The position numbers and the translations under genes were made by a program. The notes below the pieces were generated by a model that made no database searches, had not been told where the DNA came from, and saw nothing but the letters and a program-made list of their open reading frames with translations. Source: Macrostomum lignano (taxonomy: Eukaryota). Taken from it: a stretch of DNA of 64,000 nucleotides. The DNA is taken from the NCBI GenBank assembly GCA_002269645.1, contig NIVC01000619.1, positions 124,001 through 188,000 of the forward strand, read 5' to 3'. Positions 53,017-64,000 of the stretch are shown here, piece after piece. Each line of letters starts with the position of its first letter. The stretch's first letter is position 1.

Positions 53017-54659
53017 ATGAGCCACATCGCACATCGAAGTCGCATCATCGATCGGAAGATTCAGACAACTCACAGCTGACCGGACTTTGAACTTTAATTT
53101 GAAACCGCCCATTCATAATGGTAAACTGAAATTAATAAAGCCCTTATTCGCTGAACAGTTTTACCAAATATAACAACAAGCAGAAGCTAATTAGACACTT
53201 AATGCAACAATAATATTTGTGTTGTTGAGCTTTGTTAATCTTTTTCCAGTTGCCAGTCATCATGCAGATAATTTGCATTAAAGTAATCAGAGAATTTTTG
53301 ATGCATGAAGAAAGAAATTCATTGAATGGAGAAATTTATTCAAATATGGATATTTATTCATTTGTGCCAATTTGAAACTACTTGAAATTCGCTCAAAACA
53401 TAATGGGCATGTCGGATTTCCATCTTCCAAATATGTTTTGCATTTCAGACTCGTACTTTTCAGTTAGCCGACTCTCTTCGTCTAACATACTCTTCCCCAA
53501 CTTCCAAGTAGGTCCCAATGGCAGGGTACCAAATTTTTGGGCTCATATCTTTCATTTCGACCTTGTGGAATTAAAAGTCTAGGGCACAGACGTCGCTACG
53601 GTCGCCGAACCGCTGCTTGCAGAAGGCCAAGCACTGCATCGACTTTGGTATCGGCCTGTGCCTTTCCTTTGGCCTGTGACTCGACTCTACCAAGCGTTGG
53701 ACAGGCCGAGGGCAATTGAATCGCCCGTTTCCGCCTTCTATCCCCTCTGGGGTGACACACCGGTTTGCTAGAAGAGAGGTTAGAATTCAGTAACAGTAGG
53801 ACCTGATGGTCAATATCTGACCCAGCGGCAGTGCTCTCGCTATCGCTGAACACTCTCATCGGCCTAGGGTTCCCGAATCCCAAGTGGGTCCCAATGGCAG
53901 GGTACCAAATTTTTGGGCTCATGCCTTCCATTTAGCTAGTTGTGAAAATTCAAAGTCTACGGCACGATGCCTTCAATGATTTCCATTTACCAGCTACCTA
54001 CTCATCTCGGTTCACCCAGCGCAAACTCAGTAAAGCCGCTAAAAGCGGTCATCTTTCAAAAAGCACGGAAAGCTCAGCTTCTCATCTAGGAGCATCAGCC
54101 GGACCGCCCAAGGACACAACACACCTTCCAAGTAAATAGTGCACTCACAATCTCAGAGATATTATGCACAAGTTATTGACTTATCGTACCCGGTAAAACT
54201 CAAAAACCCGGAAAATGAAGGTATACCCAAAAACTGCTGAACAAGTATCTCTCTAAGTTAACACATTTACGTTGAATTTAAGATTATCTTCATCGCATCA
54301 TTATTACATCATCATATTCAAGTCAGAATTTAGAGTTCAGTCTGCAACTTTGACGCACGATGCGTCATGAAAGCGACAAATTATTATCTGTACGTCGCAC
54401 ATTTATCTACCAGTCTTCAACATCACAACTTGCAAATTTAAAAAGCTCAACAACATAAATATTATAGTTGCATGGGGTTGCCTAATTAGATGGTACTAGT
54501 TGTTATATTTGTCAAAGCCGATCAGGGCACAAGGGCTGTGTAGATTTTACGTTTACTATTCGGAATTGGGCGGTTTTAAATCAAAGTTTAAAGTCCTGTC
54601 AGGTGTGAGTTGTCAATCTTCCGATCCATGATGCGACTTCGATGTGCGATGTGGCTCAT

Positions 54660-54842
54660 CTAACCATGAAAATGAACGTGGAAGCCCTTCTTCCTCAGCT
54701 TCGGGAACTGCTCCTCCGACAGCTTGGAATCGTCCGAGTCGGACGGATCCTCCTTCGACTCACTTTCGGCCTTGGCCTCTGAGGGTTCGACAACGACCAG
54801 GGCTGCGAGCACCAGAAGTCCGAGAACCAGTTGCCACTTCAT
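54660..54842 (-). CDS. Peptide precursor copy 6 (type A)
   Basis: Intact 60-aa ORF; protein identical to copy 5. Confidence 0.85.
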   Translation of the reverse strand: MKWQLVLGLLVLAALVVVEPSEAKAESESKEDPSDSDDSKLSEEQFPKLRKKGFHVHFHG

Positions 54843-57800
54843 GATTGTTTGAGTCGAGTCGATTCTTCGAGCTGTGCGTAGACTGAATCGAGTCTGAGCT
54901 TGTTGTATTGTGCAGTCGGCAGCCTCGAATTTATACGCATCGGATCGGCACGTGTTTCCGGTCCGTCTAGCGACGATGCTTGAGGTGAAGGCTTTCGCGA
55001 GAGCAGAGACAGGCGTTACTTTGAACGAATATCATGTAGCGTATATTTGCACGTTGACACCTGAGCAATCAAACAAGTACCGATATAGCTTTTTCTCAGT
55101 GCGAATGCATTCTACACCTTGCTCTGCACTGCACTCTATTTACTCGATATCATTAGCATAGTAATGCAACTGACACTATCTATCAACTGTAGAGAAGAAA
55201 TTCGCGAAATCGGGATTTCTACAGATCGATCGACTCGGCCACTTGTTCTCGATTTGTGCAGTTTTTAATTTTAGATCTCAACTTGTCAGATGCTATTTAC
55301 AATTTCTTAGATTTGATTCCTTACTCGACCCGGCGGAAAATGCGGAAGAACCAGACACGGGGCGAGAAATACGTGGAAGAGCGCCATTTGCAGCTTATTT
55401 TCTTACATCGCCTCGTTCCATCTACCAACGCTCAGAGCGACAACTGCCGACTTGCAACCGCTGGGTTTTCTCAAATGTCGATATCTCTTTTAAATCTATT
55501 GACTTCTTTTCAATCATTGCGACGCCATCGGATTCTCATTGAAGGAATTTTTAATGAGATAGAAAAAATGTGCTAAACAGCCGGGAAGGCGCCGTAAGGA
55601 GTAAAGTCGTTTCGATGCTGCAAGATTGACTTAATCTGGATTTTCCTGATGTACGAAGTACCGAACCTTATTGCAAACTAAATGAAAGTTATTTCCATTT
55701 ATTACTTGTAATATACGGAAGCAATATATTTATACGAGTATTCCGTTTGGCCATATTAACATTGTACATTTTAGCCATAGAGAAATGTTGATTTGATGCC
55801 TGTGTCGACTGCCTGTGTCGATAGAGAAACGACTGTGTTGGGTTTTTTTAAGAGTAAGTAGTTGTCTGTACCTCTACTAAACCTTTTCTGTGACATTTTC
55901 GAGTTATTTGCTGCATGAGTGATGTTGATAGCGTCAGCTTTGAATCACTTAGGCTTGCTGAAGTCGAAGCTGTCTTAAGTGACTTGCCATTGGCACCCGC
56001 AACCGACTATCCGAGTTTGAGCAAGCGCGATCTCAACTACGTTCTTAAGTGTTTTATCTTAGAGATCCGAAATTAACCTGGTAATCGCTATGGCGCTTCT
56101 ACGTTTAAGGATTGTTTTCAGCATGCTGCAATGCTACTTTTTCAATTAATGCGGAAAGCCATGGAGCCTCTGGATGGATGGGGAATTCAATGAGAGCCGA
56201 CGTCCGAAGAGAAACTCTGGTCTGAAGGTGTGATTGGTAGTGATGTCCACGACAACTGGTGAGTTCTGTGATTTGGGGGGTGGTCGATGTGGAGTTGTGC
56301 GGGGTGATTATCTACTTTGATTGAGTTGATCTGTTACAACCCATTGACTCACTTCTAACTGTACAAGCCAAAAAAACTGGTTAACAACTGCTTACCTTTC
56401 TAAAACATTATAATATAACTTTTCAACTTCGGATTCGTCAAAAGTGAGCTCAAATTGGTCAGCGTATGCAAAGCCATATAGCGCTCAAGGGGAAGAGAAT
56501 GAGTGTCTATGGTAAATTTCTAGAGAAAGTGACTTCGAATTCGTCTAAATAAGTGAAATTCGTCAGTGCAAATACAGCCTGATCAGAAAAAGTGTTTGCT
56601 TTGTCCATGGTAAGAAAAGGTGTCTATGGTAAATTTAGTAAGAAAGTGAGTGAAGTTCGTCTGTGGAAACGTAGCCCAATTTCTTAAAATCTTCATTTCA
56701 TGCTTTGATTTCATGCTTTGATTGTTGTCAGAGTATTTCAGACTCCTCTGTGTCAGAGCATCAAAGCATAGTATGTGTTGCTTTTGCATGTATTTCTTGA
56801 GTACTTTCTTGTGGCGCATTCGTTTGTCTTATTTATTTGGATCGTTTGTTTGGCCGGGACAAATAAATGTCTTTTACATTGCACCATAGACCTTTTCGGC
56901 GCGGCCAAAAGGGTATAAATCGATCTCACTTTCATCTGAGCTACCTGGCTAAGTTGGCAAGTGACTACTAAATAAACTTCACTGATGTCAAAACAATTGT
57001 TAAAATGTGTATTGCTCTTGATTTGCCAGCAGAAATCAGAGGTACCGGAGGAATTTCTTTTTTAAAGAAGCCTGGAAGATAAGGGTTGAAGCTTTATTGT
57101 TTATATGCTACCGAGCAATAAAGCGATGCAATGTTTTGCTACGCAAGCAAAAAAGGCCCATGGCCGAAAAGTAAAGGCATAATGATTCTGTCGTGTAGAA
57201 ACGAGCATCCATAGACTTCAATGTACCACTAAACTTAAAAAACTGAGTTCACAGGCACTCGATATATATGAGAAAGGAGTCCTACATCGATAATATGATG
57301 CATCTCGAAAGTAATCCACGATAGATATCAAGCTTCGAGACGAGGAGACAGGCAGCAAACGTATGGCGTTTAAGCAAAACCATGATCGAAAGAGCTATCG
57401 TTTCTTTAAACCAAAATCGTGTAGATTATCCTGGTATGGAAGATGACAAGAGAAAAATAACTACGACTCGCAGCGGACAGAAAAAAACGATCTTTTCTTT
57501 CGATCTTAACCGATTTCATACATTTAATCTCCCACTGTCGATAGATAGTGTCATTCGGCTTTACGATGAAACTGATTAAAGGTAAATGCAGGGCAGTACA
57601 GTGCAGTGCAGTGCGGTGCGTAGGATTAATTTTCACTGAGAAAACGTTGGGCGGTACTTGTTTGATTGCTCGGGTGTCAAGAAGCAAACAAACGCTACAT
57701 GATATTCGCATAAAGCAACGCCTGTCTCTGCCAATGCAAAAGCCTTCATTCAACTCAAACAACGCACTACAACGGACCGGTGGTCAACGGTCCGGAAACA

Positions 57801-57881
57801 CGTGCCGATCCGATGCGCATATATTAACAGCTGCCGACTGCTCAACACAACAAGCTCAGACTCGACTCGACTCAAGCAACC

Positions 57882-58073
57882 ATGAAGTGGCAACTGGTTC
57901 TCGGACTTCTGCTGTTCGCAGCCCTGGCCGTCGCCGAGCCTTCCCAGGAGGAGAACGACAAGGGCCAAAGTGATTCGAAGGATGATCGGACCGACATGGA
58001 CGTTTCCGACCTGTCGGATGAGCAGTTCCCGAAGCTCAGGAAGAAATTCCACCTTCATTTACCTGGTAAATAA
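57882..58073 (+). CDS. Peptide precursor copy 7 (type B, ...RKK-FHLHLP-GK*)
   Basis: 63 aa; same signal family, diverged acidic spacer, conserved EQFPKLRKK, Gly-Lys amidation signal. Confidence 0.85.
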   Translation: MKWQLVLGLLLFAALAVAEPSQEENDKGQSDSKDDRTDMDVSDLSDEQFPKLRKKFHLHLPGK

Positions 58074-58828
58074 GCAACATCGTACATCGAAATCGCTTCA
58101 AGAATCGGAAGATTATGACAACTCACAGCTGACCGGACTTTGATCTCTGACTCGGAACCACCCAATTCTGAATGGTAAACTTGAAATCTACTCGGCTCTT
58201 ATTCGCTGATCAGTTTTATTATCTGACAAATACAACAGCATCGTCTAATTAGGCACCCAGTACAACGATTAGATTTTTGTTGTTAAGCTGCGTAAATTTC
58301 TTTGTAAGTCGGAAGTCATAATGGGGAGAAATTTAAAATACATTTAATTTCAATTAATGATCTTAAAATATGACAGAAAAATAGCTGTTTCGAAGGAGCG
58401 ACTTCTCCAAAGGCGGCTGCTGCTCGCAAAGACTGGCCGCTTGTCCGCCCGGCGTGAATTTCCCCAAATTGACCTGCGTTCTACAGGTTCGCATGTTTCA
58501 TAGTGTGCTGGTGGGTGGCTTGTAAAAGTAGCTGCTCTTAAATTAAGAGTAGTTTCGGAGTCAAATTGTGGTGGATGAGACCTATATGCGCGTCAATATG
58601 GTCAGCCAATGTCGTTTTTTCTGTGCCTTGTTGCACTGTACGGATATTTTCGCCCGCATTAAATAGAAGCATTTACTGCTCGTTATTCCAAATATTACAA
58701 TAGACATTTGGATTCAAAACATTCAGCACCAGGTGTATTTGTTAATACGAACTTAGCTAAAGAACACCAAAAAGTAAATGAACAAAAAAGAAACAATCAA
58801 TAAAAACTTAACTACACTCTTAACTAAC

Positions 58829-60047
<1,219 letters not shown>

Positions 60048-60523
60048 ATATATATATAGGCATAAAGATACAGCAGATAGATATATACTTTTCTATCTGA
60101 GTTCTTAGCTGAGTTTCGAGTGCCTAGAGTTAATTTTTGCACTAGACAATTGGGCAAATGAATTTTGATACAGAGTTCCGTCAGCCTCAATAAAGTGACT
60201 TCGATATACGATTTGTCATGAAAGCGACTAAAAAGTATCTGAATGAAGATGCATTTACAAGTCCTTTACTTCACGGCTCGCAACTTGAAGATATTTACAA
60301 AGCCCAACAAAACAAACAGTATAGTTTCTTTGCGAGCCTATTTATTTGGTACTTGTTGGTATATTTAATAAAACTCGCCAGTGAATAAACACTGAGTACA
60401 CTACACCTCAACCATTTAGAAATTGGGGGGGGGGTTAGAGTCAGAGTTCAGAGTCCGGTCGGTGGGAGTTGTGAGTGCGAGTCCCTTAATCTTCGATAAA
60501 GCGACTTCGATGTACGATTTTGT

Positions 60524-60714
60524 TTATTTACCAGGTAAATGAAAGTGGAACTTCTTCTTGAGCTTCGGGAACTGCTCATCCGGCTTCCCGGAAGCGTCCA
60601 TCTCGGAGGATCATCCTTCGACTCACGTTCGCCCTTGTCGTCCTCCTCCTGGGAAGGCTCGGCGACGGTCAGGGCTGCGAACAGCAGAAGTCCAAGGGCG
60701 AGCTGCCACTTTAT
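60524..60714 (-). pseudogene. Peptide precursor copy 8 (type B pseudogene; would give FHFHLP-GK)
   Basis: ATG to ATA; 1-nt deletion in the spacer (191 vs 192 nt); TATA/E-box region deleted. Confidence 0.85.
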
Positions 60715-61227
60715 GTTCGCTTGAGTCGAGTCAAGCCTGAGCTTGTTGTTTGTCTCTTTATTTTTCATAAAAGCCAAATGACGCTATCGATCGACTGTGG
60801 AGAAAAAATGCGCGAAATCGGGATATCTAAAGTACAGACTGTTGCACCATGGCCATTACCATGAATTCTCACTTTTAGACAACCCTCCATTAGTAAAGTT
60901 TATTTAGTCCCTTTGTAGCTTAGCCAGATCCCTCAGAGGTAAGTGAGATGATTTGGTCTACGATATGGTTTGGTATATCCAGATTATGTCCATCTCGCAG
61001 CACCCCAACAAGTTTACACACTACAATGAGTTCATGACTGTTTAGCACAAATTTGTTCTATTTAATCCAATGGTGAAAGCCCAGTGGTGTCGCAATTATT
61101 TAAAAGTGATCTGAAAGATTAAGTTCTGACAGGTTGTTGTCGGAAAACGGTGGCAAGTCGGCAGTTGTCGCTCTTAGAGTTGGTAGATGGAACGAGGCGA
61201 TGTAAGAATATAAGCTGCATTTGGCGC

Positions 61228-61285
61228 GCTACCACGCATTTACCGCGCATTACCACGCACTACCACGCATTACCACGCATTTTCT
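61228..61285. repeat. 10-bp tandem repeat (TACCACGCAT) x~5
   Basis: Direct reading. Confidence 0.85.
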
Positions 61286-61824
61286 GGTTCTTCCGCATTT
61301 TCTGCCGGGTCGAGTAAGGAATCAAATCTAAGAAATTGTAAATAGCATCTGACAAGTTGAGATCTTCAATTGGAAACTGCACTAATCGACAACAAGTCGC
61401 CGAGTCAACGATCTGTACAAATTCTGATTTCGCGAATTTATTCTCTACAGTTGATAGATAGTGTCAGTTGCATTTACTATGCTAATGATGTGGAGTAAAT
61501 ACAGTGCAGTGTAGAGCGGTGCATAGGATACATTCTCACTGAGAACACGCTAAAGCGGTACTCGTTTGATTGCTAGGGTGTCAATCTATCTATCTATCTA
61601 TCTGAAGCAAATATACGCTTCATGGTATTCGTTCAAAGCAACGCCTGTCTTTGAGGTAAAGAAAGCCTTTACCTCAAACATCGTCGCTAGACGGACCGGA
61701 AACACGTGCCGATCCGATGCGTATAAATTCGAGGCTGCCGACTGCACAATACAACAAGCTCAGACTCGACTCAGTCTACGCACAGCTCGAAGAATCAAAG
61801 CAACTCGACTCGACTCAAGCAATC

Positions 61825-62007
61825 ATGAAGTGGCAACTGGTTCTCGGACTTCTATTGTTCGCAGCTCTGGCCGTCGCCCAGCCCTCGGAGGCCAAAGCCG
61901 AAAGTGAGTCGAAGGAGGATCCGTCCGACTCGGACGATTCCAAGCTGTCGGAGGAGCAGTTCCCGAAGCTGAGGAAGAAGGGCTTCCACGTTCATTTTCA
62001 TGGTTAG
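61825..62007 (+). CDS. Peptide precursor copy 9 (type A)
   Basis: MKWQLVLGLLLFAALAVAQPSEAK...RKKGFHVHFHG*. Confidence 0.85.
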   Translation: MKWQLVLGLLLFAALAVAQPSEAKAESESKEDPSDSDDSKLSEEQFPKLRKKGFHVHFHG

Positions 62008-63399
62008 ATAAGCCACATCGCACATCGAAGTCGCTTCATGAATCGGAAGATTAAGACAAGTCACAGCTGACGGACTTTAAACATTGATTTGAAACCGCCC
62101 AATTCTGAATGGTAAACGTAAAATTAACACAAGCCCTTATTCGCTTATCAGTTTTACCAAATATAACAACAAGCAGTATCTAATTTGGCACCCAATGCAA
62201 TTATAATATTTGTATTGCTGAGCTTTGTGAATTTATTTATGCGAAGGACTTGTAGATACATCTACATGCATATAATGATATTTTTCATGAAACTCGGCGA
62301 AACTGTGCTGGTTAAATATTATAGCTTAGAACTCTTGATTAATGTATTCCTTTCTGCCGAATTTTTAATTTAGGATAAGTTCACGAAATAATAGGCGAAC
62401 GACATTTTTTAAATGGTCATTTTCTTTTTTGGGGCGATTTGTAACTCGTCACCAATATGTGACTAAATATGGTATGCTGTAACTAACTTCAGAGTTGACA
62501 GAATGTTCTCTTGTTCTGCGGCTTGGTTAATCATTACCTACCAAATTTGCTAGCCGATTTATGAAACCTTCGATGTATGAAGCCATCATGGAATAGGGTT
62601 CGTTTCATAAGAAAATTTTAAGTGACAAGTGAATATTTGATGAGTGGCTGCTGTCGTTATATCATGCAAGAACCCTTTCTGCAGAACTAATGTATCTTTT
62701 TATGTCTTTGGCTGGAATGACCTTTCTGTTAATTCGACGCAAAAGTAATTAGAGCTCACTTAAAAAAAGTAAATAAAATAGGAAGAGCTGAAGAGCTCTA
62801 AAGTACGTAGTGCGCACATTGCAAAAAAAATGAAGTCAGAACTTTTTGAAGCAATATTGTCTAACAACTTTGCAAGCCTAGAAGCCAGCTTTGTATCTAA
62901 TCCATGTATTGCCAATCGCATCGACACACACTTGCCTGCACCTCGCAGCAAGTACATTGAAGATCCTTGAACCCAACTTATAACAGTCGCGTTGCAAGAC
63001 GAACTCTGCATCCAGTTCACCTGCACGATCATCAGTGGATTCCAATAAAGTAGCGGGTCCTCCCAAAACAGTTAGGGTTGTTTTACGAAGACGGCTGGTC
63101 TGCCGGATAGTGCGGCGCAAGTCGTCGGCCAGACAAATCGACGGACTGAGGGAGCAGTAGGTATCGAGAAACTGGAAGCTTCTAGCAACCTGCCATGCGG
63201 TCTAGATAGATTCGAGGTGGCAGTAGCCTTCTACAACTGGGACTCAGTTGGAAAAGCACAAGTAACGCTAATGCGACTTTCATTAAAGTGTAATGACTAA
63301 TGATTAATTTGTGGCTGAGGTAGAGGCTTTCTCATTCTTAGTCGCAACAGATTATGAATAACGCTTCTAAGCTTGACGGCCTTGCGAAAATTAAGGTTG

Positions 63400-64000
63400 G
63401 AGTTTTCAAATACGGCTCAGTGAGAACAAAAAATCGGAATAAGAATACAAGACTTAAGAACTTTCAGTGTGGTTCGATGCGCGACAAATTTCCTGTCTAG
63501 TGATGGAAGAAACTTGCCGAGATTTTGGGAAGCTGTACCACTTCCAGAAAGTGTGCCGGTCACAGAGCGGCCGTTTAAAGCCAAGAAGGCGCCAATCATC
63601 ATTAAATTTCTCGAATTCCACTAGAAGCCCAAGTGCAAGTTGAGAACCGGCCAACGGGACGTTCCTCATTGGCACTATAGAAAGCACTTCACCTATAAAC
63701 TTCACGTTGAACTTCGTCTATAAGGAGAAAACTAAAGCATTTGAGTGCCAGGTCGACACAGGTGAAGCTGTGTCAGCCACGTCAAATTGCTCATGGCTTG
63801 AGATCGGATGTCAAAAATTGCAACAGAATGAGACCAAGCAGCTGAGCTATGTTGACTCGCATTCATTTCAAAACCTAGAACGATTCAATGGCACTGTGTC
63901 TCATGAGGACTGCCATTTTATACTCGTAATTGTACAATCGCTCATTACGATTTCCTAAGCTTATTTCAAATTGTGAAATTCGGTGAAAGGAAAAAAATGA
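63400..64000 (+). mobile_element. Decayed Gypsy-type LTR retrotransposon gag/protease remnant
   Basis: Eroded zinc knuckle CRDFGKLYHFQKVCRS (63515-63560), followed by protease-like FECQVDTGEAVS...SWLEIG (DTG at 63755). Confidence 0.6.

Noticed and set aside
55130-55136. Metal-response element TGCRCNC upstream of copy 6
   Set aside because: Not conserved in the paralogous (GCACT)n tracts of the other copies I checked; likely chance.
62878-63120. 80-aa minus-strand ORF, possibly a retroelement fragment
   Set aside because: No diagnostic motif I can name.

Overview
Repeat-rich animal (invertebrate) genomic DNA with spliceosomal introns; not prokaryotic. Left half: four minus-strand exons of a Shaw/Kv3 potassium channel (T1 domain to pore). 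Its introns hold micro- and minisatellites and a head-to-tail array of non-autonomous Helitron-like elements, each carrying a tRNA-like Pol III cassette. At 28.6-28.9 kb is one Sel1-repeat exon (SEL1L3-like). The most notable feature (30-62 kb) is an array of nine intronless genes for a 60-63 aa secreted precursor: signal peptide, acidic pro-piece, RKK site, then a short His/hydrophobic alternating peptide ending in an amidation signal. Seven copies predict GFHVHFH-NH2, one predicts FHLHLP-NH2, and one is a pseudogene. Counting a deleted tenth copy, orientation alternates strictly, and all intact copies share an E-box + TATA promoter. I do not recognise this peptide family. A ~12 kb island interrupts the array. 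It contains two paralogous acidic ORFs, a Helitron copy and a degenerate Ingi-like LINE with a 2A-like motif, a PHD finger and an HDV-ribozyme-like 5' end. A Gypsy gag/protease remnant lies at the right end. All homology calls are from motif recognition by eye; no searches were run.
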